Source: Dehalococcoidaceae bacterium | GTDB taxonomy: Bacteria; Chloroflexota; Dehalococcoidia; Dehalococcoidales; CSSed11-197 | Direction of reading: 5' to 3' | Length of the DNA: 38,306 bases | Assembly (NCBI GenBank): GCA_016928015.1 | Contig: JAFGLQ010000119.1 | Coordinates: forward strand, 1 to 38,306 | In this document: positions 10,915-19,317 of the stretch, piece after piece | How positions within the stretch are numbered: the stretch's first letter is position 1 | Layout: every line of letters starts with the position of its first letter | Position numbers and translations under genes: made by a program | The notes under the pieces: generated by a model | Database searches by the model: none | Told to the model about the DNA's origin: nothing | What the model saw: only the letters and a program-made list of their open reading frames with translations

Positions 10915-11529
10915 ATGGTTGATAAGCAAGTAGAAGAAATATTCGAACCCGGTGAATCAGATAAACCACGCACCCGGATACTATCTGTGCCGCTGCCGCA
11001 GATACTGGATGAGATGGAAGCCAATATCAGGGCTGCAGCGGAAGCGGCTCGCAAAGCAGAAGCGGCGGCAAGAGATGCAGTTGGAGCCGCCAAATCTGCT
11101 ACACAGGCTTCCGAAGTCGCTACCCAGCGTGCCAGGGAAGCTCAGGATGCTGGTGAACAGGCAGCCGAAATTGCTACCCAGGCAGCCCGGGATGCAGCTG
11201 CTAAGGCTGAAGAGACTGCTAAAGCTGCCACCGGTGCGGCTGAAATGGCTGTCAAAAAAGCTGAGGAGGCAGACCGCGGCGCTCAAAAAGCCATACAGGC
11301 ACTTCAGGCGGCAACAGCCGAAGCCGCCGTAAAAGGCGAAGAGGTTAGAAAAGCCGGTGAACAAGCAGCTGCCAGAGCCATAAAAGCCGCCGAAGAGATT
11401 GCCGCTCTTGCAATGTATGCCATAAATTCTATAAATGAAGCCGCCAATAATACAGCCAGTTTATCCGAAGGGTTGAAAGAACGAGCCAGGGAAGCAGAAA
11501 ACAGGATAAAGGCCCTGGAGTCGATATAA
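10915..11529 (+). CDS. Alanine-rich coiled-coil protein (hypothetical)
   Basis: AGGAG RBS before ATGs at 10909/10915 (ORF track start 10855). Short head RILSVPLPQILDEMEANI, then about 165 aa of Pro-free Ala/Glu/Lys helix. Confidence 0.8.
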   Translation: MVDKQVEEIFEPGESDKPRTRILSVPLPQILDEMEANIRAAAEAARKAEAAARDAVGAAKSATQASEVATQRAREAQDAGEQAAEIATQAARDAAAKAEETAKAATGAAEMAVKKAEEADRGAQKAIQALQAATAEAAVKGEEVRKAGEQAAARAIKAAEEIAALAMYAINSINEAANNTASLSEGLKERAREAENRIKALESI

Positions 11530-11644
11530 ACTTTCCGGGTTATTGATTGACCTTGGTCGTGTATAAACCTCACGGGCAGTCGCTATTCAGTTGACGCATC
11601 CGTTAACTGGCGGCCAATCCGGCAATTTGCGGGATAATTTAAAG

Positions 11645-13471
11645 ATGATTGATACTCGAACCATATTTAAAGAGCGCGCTAAACGTTTCCCAATGTCTCC
11701 CGGCGTATATCTGATGAAAGACAGCGGGGCAAATATAATTTACGTGGGCAAAGCCAGTTGCTTGCGTAACCGTGTGGGCTCCTATTTTGTATTAACAGAA
11801 AGGTTAAATGCCAAAACCCGGCAGTTGGTCAGCCGGATAGCTGATATAGAGTACTTCGTCACCTCATCCGAAGAAGAAGCCCTGGTTCTGGAACTGAACT
11901 TCATTAAACAATACAGGCCCCATTTCAATATCGCCTTAAAAGACGATAAGAGCTACCCGTATATAAAAATTACCGTTAATGAAGAATGGCCCCGAGTGCT
12001 GGTCACTCGCAGGCTTGAAAACGATGGCTCCCGTTACTTCGGGCCGTACGGGAGTGCATTTTCTACCCGCCAAACTATTGGCACAATTAAGAAAATCTTC
12101 CCTTTCAGATCATGTAAAACAATCAGAAGCGGAGCAAACCGGCGCCCCTGCCTTGAATACGATATGAAGCAGTGCCCCGGTCCCTGCGCAGGGCGGGTGG
12201 ATGGAAATGAGTACAATAACACCATAAAAAGCCTGCTGATGTTTCTGGAGGGAAGACATGGTTCGGTTATTTCAAGGCTTGAATCCGAAATGAAAAAAGC
12301 TGCCACCGAATTGAATTATGAAAAGGCGACCGTAATCAGGGATCGAATAAATTATCTAAACCGTATCATTTCCTACCAGGAAATCACACAGCGTGTAAGC
12401 GGCACCAAAGACGCCATTGCTTTTGCCCGTGAAGATGAGGACGTTTTTGTACAGGTTTATTTTATCCGTGAAAGCAGAATAGTCGGCCGTGAAGGCTATT
12501 TCCTGAAAAACACCCGGCACGAAGAAAACACCAGTATCATGACCAGTTTTGTCAAGCAGTATTACAGTCATGCCGTAAATGTTCCTCCCGCGATATTGCT
12601 GCAGTATCCGATTGAAGACAAACCGGTTATAAAAAACTGGCTTCGCAGCAGGGCCGGTCACAACGTAAACATCCAGGTACCGGCAAAGGGCGCGAAAAAG
12701 GAATTAATTAAAACCGTTGCGTCAAACGCCACCCAGGGCTTGAAAGCCGGTAAGTTCAAAAACATCTCCAGTAAAACAGATGCCACCAGTCTGCTTGATG
12801 AACTCCGGCATTTATTGAACCTGCCGCAGTTGCCAGAACGCATCGAGGGGTATGATATATCCAACATACACGGACATGCAGCCGTAGGCAGCATGGTTGT
12901 GTTCGAAAATGCAACTCCGGCACCTTCTCAGTACCGCAGATTTAAAATTAATACTGTAAACCAGCCGGACGATTTTTCAATGCTTAAAGAGGTAATATCA
13001 AGACGGTTTGGTCAAAAATTCTTGAATTCTCCAACTGCCGGGTACCGCTTGCCTGACCTGATTTTGATAGATGGAGGCAAAGGTCAAGTTAGTTCCGTGG
13101 TAGAATCCATCAGCAGGGCAGGGCATTCTGAAATCAGTATTATTGGTTTAGCAAAAGAAAATGAACAGATATTCTTGCCGGGCGTGAGCCGCCCGGTTGC
13201 ACTTGATAGAACTTCACCCGTACTGCACTTACTTCAAAATATAAGAGATGAAGCCCACCGGTTTGCCCTTGGCTATCATAGAAAAATCCGCAGCAAACAA
13301 AGCTTTAAATCCAGATTGGATGATGTTGCCGGTATCGGGCCGAAAAGAAAACGCGCACTGTTGAATAAATTTGGTTCTCTGGCGGCTGTAATTAATGCAG
13401 ACGCTGATGAACTTACCGGTGTTAAAGGGATCACGCCTGAAATTGCCAGGCGGATCAAGGAAATCGTTTAG
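11645..13471 (+). CDS. uvrC: Excinuclease ABC subunit C
   Basis: GIY-YIG domain (PGVYLMKD...IYVGKA), RIEGYDISN, LILIDGGKGQ, RDEAHRFA and C-terminal HhH. Start is either ATG 11645 or TTG 11591. Confidence 0.96.
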   Translation: MIDTRTIFKERAKRFPMSPGVYLMKDSGANIIYVGKASCLRNRVGSYFVLTERLNAKTRQLVSRIADIEYFVTSSEEEALVLELNFIKQYRPHFNIALKDDKSYPYIKITVNEEWPRVLVTRRLENDGSRYFGPYGSAFSTRQTIGTIKKIFPFRSCKTIRSGANRRPCLEYDMKQCPGPCAGRVDGNEYNNTIKSLLMFLEGRHGSVISRLESEMKKAATELNYEKATVIRDRINYLNRIISYQEITQRVSGTKDAIAFAREDEDVFVQVYFIRESRIVGREGYFLKNTRHEENTSIMTSFVKQYYSHAVNVPPAILLQYPIEDKPVIKNWLRSRAGHNVNIQVPAKGAKKELIKTVASNATQGLKAGKFKNISSKTDATSLLDELRHLLNLPQLPERIEGYDISNIHGHAAVGSMVVFENATPAPSQYRRFKINTVNQPDDFSMLKEVISRRFGQKFLNSPTAGYRLPDLILIDGGKGQVSSVVESISRAGHSEISIIGLAKENEQIFLPGVSRPVALDRTSPVLHLLQNIRDEAHRFALGYHRKIRSKQSFKSRLDDVAGIGPKRKRALLNKFGSLAAVINADADELTGVKGITPEIARRIKEIV

Positions 13472-13496
13472 ATTTCCTGTGAGTCAAATCCGGAAC

Positions 13497-14309
13497 TCAG
13501 AGAATGAATTCTTCTATCACCCTGGCAACGCCGCCTTCTTCAACATTTTCGGTAATCCAGTCGGCAATAGATTTGAGTTCCGGAAATGCATTACCCATCG
13601 CAATGCCAAAACCGGCAGTTTCAATGAGTGAAAGGTCGTTAAGGCCGTCACCCACCGCAATCACATTATCCAGTTCAATATTCAGATGGCCAGCCAGTTT
13701 GACCAGGGCGCTGCCTTTGGAGGTACCTGGTTCGATAATATTCACAAAATCAACTCCTGGAAACGCTGGCGAACGAGCTACAGAAAACCGGAAACAATCA
13801 CCAAAATTGCTTTGTATTGCTCTGGCTTTATCATATTCCTCCGGAGCCCTGGCGATAGTCTCCATCTTCAGAATTTCTTCATTCCTGCCAATTTTTTCGA
13901 GGTCTTCCAGTAATATGTTAACTCCAAAAAACTCTTTATGCACTTCGTCCGTCCAGTTGGATTTGTCGGCATAAAATCTGTCGCGGGCATAAAGTTCCAG
14001 ATAGGTATCGGTGGTGCGGCAGTATTCAATTGCTTTTAGTACGTTCTCCCTGTTTATGGGCTGACAATGTATTTTATCGCCAAGCTTGGGATTATATACG
14101 AGGGCACCGTCGAAAAATATATGGTTGCCGTTAAGTTCCAGTATACTCAAGATTTTACTGCAGGCCAGCGGCACTCTGCCCGTAGACAGAACGACTTTAA
14201 CGCCTTTTCCAATTGCCCGGTTGATGGCTTTGATATCCCGCTGGCAAATATTTCCGGATCCGTCTACGATAGTCCCGTCGACATCGATTACAAGAAGTTT
14301 ATATTTCAT
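13497..14309 (-). CDS. Cof-type HAD-IIB phosphatase
   Basis: IDVDGT, STGR, SKG, GDGLND and AMGNA motifs. Confidence 0.92.
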   Translation of the reverse strand: MKYKLLVIDVDGTIVDGSGNICQRDIKAINRAIGKGVKVVLSTGRVPLACSKILSILELNGNHIFFDGALVYNPKLGDKIHCQPINRENVLKAIEYCRTTDTYLELYARDRFYADKSNWTDEVHKEFFGVNILLEDLEKIGRNEEILKMETIARAPEEYDKARAIQSNFGDCFRFSVARSPAFPGVDFVNIIEPGTSKGSALVKLAGHLNIELDNVIAVGDGLNDLSLIETAGFGIAMGNAFPELKSIADWITENVEEGGVARVIEEFIL

Positions 14310-14384
14310 TGTGTAATTCTACCCGCCACCCGGATTAAAAAGCAAAAGCAATTGAGTTTTACACCAAAAGGGGTGAAAATTATG

Positions 14385-14413
14385 TTGACAGTCTAATGCG
14401 CCTTTAATACAAT
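14385..14413 (+). promoter_or_regulatory. Sigma70 promoter TTGACA-N17-TACAAT
   Basis: Near-consensus hexamers with 17-nt spacer, followed by GGAGG RBS and ATG at 14442. Confidence 0.7.
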
Positions 14414-14441
14414 CAATTTGTTAATAAACCGGAGGTTAGCT

Positions 14442-14858
14442 ATGAAAAGACCCGACCTTCTGATACTTGTTGCCGTTTGGCAATTTTTTACCGGTACAAT
14501 TGCATTTTTTGGAATTATGGCTATTGTTTTTATCGCATTACCTGTGGTTTTGGGTATCAGTGATATATGGTCAGGTAACTGGGGGCATTGGAACGGCTGG
14601 GAATATTCACCGGGGCTGGCCGCGCCAATTATCGGACTGAGTATAGCTGTGGTGGTTTTACTTGCATATTTCATCATCAGCCTGGCAGCAGGCATAGGAA
14701 CGCTTCAGGGCAAACCCTGGGCTCGATTGCTTGGCATAGTGCATGCGGTAATGGGCGTAGTCAATTTCCCGCTCGGTACCGTTATCGGTGTTTTGATCAT
14801 CATATATCTCGGCAACCAGGAAGTAAGGGATTATTTTGAGGCAAGCCGGCTGCCCTAG
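14442..14858 (+). CDS. Small integral membrane protein (hypothetical, 3-4 TM)
   Basis: GGAGG RBS; hydrophobic segments; KPWAR...FPLGT...YL...EVR-YF pattern. Confidence 0.75.
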   Translation: MKRPDLLILVAVWQFFTGTIAFFGIMAIVFIALPVVLGISDIWSGNWGHWNGWEYSPGLAAPIIGLSIAVVVLLAYFIISLAAGIGTLQGKPWARLLGIVHAVMGVVNFPLGTVIGVLIIIYLGNQEVRDYFEASRLP

Positions 14859-15637
14859 TCAGCGATTGAAATGTCGTTTCCGTTGGCTATTACGTAATTA
14901 ACCAGAGAACCTATACCCTGGATTTTAACTTCTACGCGATCCCCAGGGTACATAGGGCCTATTCCGGCCGGGGTGCCGGTTGCGATAACATCCCCTGGCA
15001 TCAGCGTCATCACGTTGGATATAAAATTAATGATTTCTGCTATATTATATATAAGGTCGCCGGTGTTGCCCTGTTGCTTAAGCTCGTCGTTTAGATAAGT
15101 CTCGAGGTTCAGGCTGCCTGGTTCTAAATCGGTTTCGATCCATGGGCCGATTGCAGCAAATGTATCAAATCCTTTAGCTCGGGTCCACTGGTTGTCCTGC
15201 TGCTGAAGGTCTCGAGCAGTAACATCGTTAAAACACGAGTAACCCAGAATATAATCATTAACGTTTTCCTTGCTTACCCTCCAGGCAATCTTGCTGATGA
15301 TAACAGCCAGTTCACCTTCGTAATCGACGCGTGCAGATGCAGAAGGGTATATGATATTTGCTTCAGGCCCTATTACAGCTGTGGGAGGTTTTAAAAAGGT
15401 AAGCGGTGAATTCGGGATTTTATGGCCCATTTCCCTGGCGTGCGAATGATAATTTAAACCCATGGCAATAATTTTGGTAGGTTGGCAGGGAGCCAGTAGT
15501 TTAACCCGGCTAACAGGCAAGCACGCATCCCCGGTTTCAATTTCTTTATATGGTTGTCCAATTATTGGTTTAACAGTGTCGCCTTCGACAATACCGTAAC
15601 TGGAATTGTTGTTGTGGGTATAGCGTACGATTTTCAT
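14855..15637 (-). CDS. Fumarylacetoacetate hydrolase family protein
   Basis: GLNYHSH, FLKP, DYEGELA, NDVTARD, AKGFDTF and GDVIATGTPAGIG motifs. Confidence 0.93.
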   Translation of the reverse strand: MKIVRYTHNNNSSYGIVEGDTVKPIIGQPYKEIETGDACLPVSRVKLLAPCQPTKIIAMGLNYHSHAREMGHKIPNSPLTFLKPPTAVIGPEANIIYPSASARVDYEGELAVIISKIAWRVSKENVNDYILGYSCFNDVTARDLQQQDNQWTRAKGFDTFAAIGPWIETDLEPGSLNLETYLNDELKQQGNTGDLIYNIAEIINFISNVMTLMPGDVIATGTPAGIGPMYPGDRVEVKIQGIGSLVNYVIANGNDISIAD

Positions 15638-15717
15638 TACAAGGCTGTTATTTTACTTCGTTCAGGTCCATAAGGCAAACGACTGAGTAAAATGGCGAAT
15701 AATTCAATCATATATTA

Positions 15718-15747
15718 TTGACACTTCAGAACCAGGATTGATAAACT
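15718..15747 (+). promoter_or_regulatory. Putative sigma70 promoter TTGACA-N18-TAAACT (extended TGn -10) for cobO-fbp-rdgB
   Basis: Consensus -35 and TGa-TAAACT seen directly upstream of the AGGAG RBS. Confidence 0.55.
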
Positions 15748-15789
15748 GAGCAGTCATTAAACTTCGCATGAACCATTTCAGGAGTACCG

Positions 15790-16326
15790 TTGCTTCACAA
15801 TCATGATACCGGGCGAGTCATAATATTTACAGGTGACGGCAAAGGCAAAACTACCGCCGCGATTGGAACAGGGGTGCGTGCCGCCGGGCATGGCCTGAAG
15901 GTGATAATGGTCATGTTTATGAAAGGTGTCGATTATGTCCACGGAGAAATTCAGGCACTGCGCGACATACCCAACTTCGAAGTTGTGAGTTTCGGACAAA
16001 AAGGCTGGGTAAAAAAAGGGCAGTTGCGCAGTATAGATATCAAGCAGGCGAAAGTTGCCCTGGATTTCTGCCGTGATGCAGTTAATTCGAATGCGCATGA
16101 TGTGATAATATTTGACGAAGCCAATTCCGCCCTCGATTGCGGCTTAATTTCTTTTGAGGAACTTTCTGATATTATAATAAGCAGGCCAAAAGGTGTTTCG
16201 ATTATTCTTACCGGACGCAACGCTGATCTGCGTTTGTTTTCATTGGCCGATATAGTCACCGAGATGAATCCTGTAAAGTACAATTACGAACGAGGAATAA
16301 ATGCCCAAAAAGGGCTTGACTACTAG
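15790..16326 (+). CDS. cobO: Cob(I)yrinic acid a,c-diamide adenosyltransferase (CobO/BtuR type)
   Basis: FTGDGKGKTTAAIG P-loop, DE, ILTGR, ADIVTEM and KGLDY motifs. Confidence 0.93.
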   Translation: MLHNHDTGRVIIFTGDGKGKTTAAIGTGVRAAGHGLKVIMVMFMKGVDYVHGEIQALRDIPNFEVVSFGQKGWVKKGQLRSIDIKQAKVALDFCRDAVNSNAHDVIIFDEANSALDCGLISFEELSDIIISRPKGVSIILTGRNADLRLFSLADIVTEMNPVKYNYERGINAQKGLDY

Positions 16327-16335
16327 GAGGTAGTA

Positions 16336-17436
16336 ATGAAGGTTACTCTAAGTGTTATCAAAGCAGACATCGGGGGTTGGGTCGGCCACAGTGACTCTCA
16401 CCCCGAAGTACTGGCCAAGGCCGAAGAGATGATGGCCAGGGCAAAAAAGGAAGGTACTCTTATTGACTATCATGTTACCAAGTGCGGTGACGATGCCCAG
16501 CTGATAATGACTCATAACCATGGCGAAGAAAATGAACTGATTCACAAACTTTCCTGGGATACCTTTCTTGCCTGCACCGAAGTCGCCAAAAAATTGAAGC
16601 TGCATGGTGCCGGACAGGATCTGCTCAGCGATGCTTTTTCCGGCAACGTCAAAGGTATGGGCCCTGGAGTTGCCGAATGTGAAATTGAAGAGCGCGGCGC
16701 CGAAAGCATTATAATATTCATGGCTGATAAAACTTCATCCGGTGCCTGGAACTTACCTCTGTATAAGATATTTGCCGACCCTTTCAATACCATCGGGCTG
16801 GTAATCGCCGGCAATATGCATACCGGGTTTGCTTTTGAAGTCCATGATGTTAAGGAACACAAGAAAGTAACCTTCAATTGTCCTGAAGAAATATATGACC
16901 TTCTGGTCTTTATCGGTGCTCCGTCAAGATTTTGCATAAAATCGGTATATCATCGTGATTCTGGCGAGATCGCCGCAGTTTCATCGACGCAAAAACTTTC
17001 CTTGATGGCTGGCCGGTATGTCGGCAAAGACGACCCGGTTTGTATAGTCAGAGCCCAGGGCCATTTTCCTGCCGTCGGAGAGGTACTGGAACCGTTTGCT
17101 CACCCGTTCTATGTCGAAGGCTGGATGAGGGGTTCGCACATGGGTCCCCTGATGCCGGTATCGGTTCCTGATGCTACACCATCCCGTTTCGATGGCCCGC
17201 CGCGGGTTACTTCTCTGGGCTTCCAGCTGGCCGGAGGAAAACTGATTGGGCCTAAGGATATGTTCGATGATATTTCTTTTGAAAATGCTCGTGCAGAGGC
17301 CAACTTGATGGCCGACATTATGCGTCAACACGGGCCCTTTGAACCTCACCGCCTGCCTCTTGACGAAATGGAATACACTACCATGCCGCAGGTAGTTGAC
17401 AAGCTGAAAGACAGGTTCGAGATACTGGAGGATTAG
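16336..17436 (+). CDS. fbp: Bifunctional fructose-1,6-bisphosphate aldolase/phosphatase (class V)
   Basis: KVTLSVIKADIGG, GAGQDLL, GNVKGMGPG, FADPFNT, YVGKDDP, GWMRGSH and FEPHRLP motifs; GGAGG RBS. Confidence 0.96.
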   Translation: MKVTLSVIKADIGGWVGHSDSHPEVLAKAEEMMARAKKEGTLIDYHVTKCGDDAQLIMTHNHGEENELIHKLSWDTFLACTEVAKKLKLHGAGQDLLSDAFSGNVKGMGPGVAECEIEERGAESIIIFMADKTSSGAWNLPLYKIFADPFNTIGLVIAGNMHTGFAFEVHDVKEHKKVTFNCPEEIYDLLVFIGAPSRFCIKSVYHRDSGEIAAVSSTQKLSLMAGRYVGKDDPVCIVRAQGHFPAVGEVLEPFAHPFYVEGWMRGSHMGPLMPVSVPDATPSRFDGPPRVTSLGFQLAGGKLIGPKDMFDDISFENARAEANLMADIMRQHGPFEPHRLPLDEMEYTTMPQVVDKLKDRFEILED

Positions 17437-17438
17437 CC

Positions 17439-18047
17439 TTGCCAGGCAAGCTCGTTCTTGCCACCGGTAATCCGGGCAAGTTAAAGGAGCTGCGAGAACT
17501 CCTCAAGGGAGTATCTCTCGAGCTCCTTTCACCGGATCAGGTCGGGTTGTCTCCTTATATTGCAGAGACGGGTTCGACATACCATGAAAATGCCGCAATA
17601 AAAGCTCTAAATCTGGCCGAAAAAAGTGGTATTCTATCGCTGGCCGATGACTCAGGCCTCGAGGTTGATGCGCTTGACGGTATGCCCGGAATATTGTCGG
17701 CCAGGTTTGGTGGCCCTGGTTTAAGCGATGAGCAAAGATGCCTTTTGCTGATAAACAAAATGCAGCACGTCCCTCATGAAAAACGACGGGCGCAATTCAA
17801 ATGTGTTATGGCTCTGGCAACACCGGAAGGTAAGATCGAAACTTGTGAAGGCTGTTGCCAGGGTATAATATATTCCAGGCTTTCTGGTAAAAATCATTTT
17901 GGTTATGATCCCATTTTTTTTATACCGGAATTGAATAAAACCATGGCGGAACTGACTTTTGATGAAAAAAATACCATCAGTCACCGCCGGCGGGCCGCAG
18001 ATAAAATCAAAGACCTGCTCCAGTCGCGGTATCCCGGCGGTAAATAA
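17439..18047 (+). CDS. rdgB: Non-canonical purine NTP pyrophosphatase (XTP/dITPase, Ham1 family)
   Basis: LATGNPGK, ADDSGL, FGYDPIF and KNTISHR motifs. Confidence 0.95.
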   Translation: MPGKLVLATGNPGKLKELRELLKGVSLELLSPDQVGLSPYIAETGSTYHENAAIKALNLAEKSGILSLADDSGLEVDALDGMPGILSARFGGPGLSDEQRCLLLINKMQHVPHEKRRAQFKCVMALATPEGKIETCEGCCQGIIYSRLSGKNHFGYDPIFFIPELNKTMAELTFDEKNTISHRRRAADKIKDLLQSRYPGGK

Positions 18048-18129
18048 TCCTTGCCGGCTTCCCCTGCATATTGAGCTTGGCTGAGTGGATGATGTATACT
18101 ACACGGTTACAGATATTTAGAGGTGTGAA

Positions 18130-19284
18130 ATGAAGCTATCTTGCCTTCAGGAAAATTTGAATAAAGGGCTAAATCTCGTTGGCAGAGCAGCTGCAGCCCG
18201 TACTACTTTGCCGATTACCAATAACGTTCTTCTGTCGACTGATGGAGGCAGGCTGAAGCTGGTTGCTACCAATCTTGAAATGGCCATAAGTTGCTGGATT
18301 GGCGCCAAAGTTGACGAAGAAGGCGCCATTACCATTCCTGCCAGAATCTTGAGTGAATTCGTAGCATCTCTGCCTAATGATAAAGTCGAAATGACACTCT
18401 CATCCAAAACACGGGTACTCGAAATGAAATGCGCCCGTTTCGAAGCCAGGATGAGCGGCGTTGACGCCAAGGATTTTCCTCCCATCCCCCATATAGATGA
18501 TGGTATAAGCACTACCGTCGAAGCCCTCGAGTTAAAACGCGGTATTCGTAAAGTGGCTTTTGCCGCGGCTGTGGATGATTCCAGGCCTGTTCTTACCGGA
18601 GTCAATGCAGAATTTGATGATCAGACACTAACACTCGCCGCAGCGGACGGTTTTCGTTTGGCAGTATACAAAATGCCTCTGGCAACCAGAGTTAGCCAAA
18701 AAATTACCGCCATCATACCGTCACGCACACTTTTTGAGCTTCAAAAACTTTCAGCAGATCAGGAAGGGCCCATTACAATCGTACTTAATCCCTCCCGCAG
18801 CCAGATCATATTCCGCCTCAAAGATATTGAGCTTGTTTCTCAGCTTATACAGGGAACATTCCCCCAGTATTCCCAGTTAATCCCCCAAAGTTACGGTACC
18901 AGAGTTGTAGCCAATGTAAAACAACTCTCCCAGGCAAACAAGACTGCTTCCATTTTCGCGCGTGACGGCAGCGGAATCGTCCGCCTGGTAGTGACTCCCG
19001 GTGAAAGCGAAGTGACTCCCGGCAAAATGACCGTGTCTGCTCGGGCCGAAGAACTTGGTGAAGACACCGGCGACATTGATGTTACCGTACAAGGGGATGA
19101 GTCGAAGATTGCGTTCAATACACGCTACTTGAAAGAAGTGCTGGAAGCCATTTCCGAAGCCCAGTCCGATGCCGAAAAACAGGTAGCGCTTGAGATTACC
19201 AATCCTTCGAGCCCCGGCGTGTTCAAACCCATAGACGAAGACAACTATTTGCATGTGATTATGCCTATGTTCGTCAGTTGGTAA
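18130..19284 (+). CDS. dnaN: DNA polymerase III beta sliding clamp
   Basis: ATNLE, RPVLTG, ADGFRLA, GTFPQY, AFNTRY and VIMPM motifs; GAGGTG RBS; TTGAGC-N18-TATACT upstream. Confidence 0.96.
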   Translation: MKLSCLQENLNKGLNLVGRAAAARTTLPITNNVLLSTDGGRLKLVATNLEMAISCWIGAKVDEEGAITIPARILSEFVASLPNDKVEMTLSSKTRVLEMKCARFEARMSGVDAKDFPPIPHIDDGISTTVEALELKRGIRKVAFAAAVDDSRPVLTGVNAEFDDQTLTLAAADGFRLAVYKMPLATRVSQKITAIIPSRTLFELQKLSADQEGPITIVLNPSRSQIIFRLKDIELVSQLIQGTFPQYSQLIPQSYGTRVVANVKQLSQANKTASIFARDGSGIVRLVVTPGESEVTPGKMTVSARAEELGEDTGDIDVTVQGDESKIAFNTRYLKEVLEAISEAQSDAEKQVALEITNPSSPGVFKPIDEDNYLHVIMPMFVSW

Positions 19285-19317
19285 TATAGATTTGATGTAT
19301 ATTCGCCCGGAGGTGTC

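Noticed and set aside
15638-15789. Cobalamin riboswitch upstream of cobO
   Set aside because: The predicted leader is only about 40 nt and lacks B12-box motifs.
18048-19317. Replication origin near dnaN
   Set aside because: No dnaA, recF or gyrB adjacent, and no cluster of TTATCCACA boxes in the flanks. A lone TTATATCCACA-like sequence near 37253 is insufficient.
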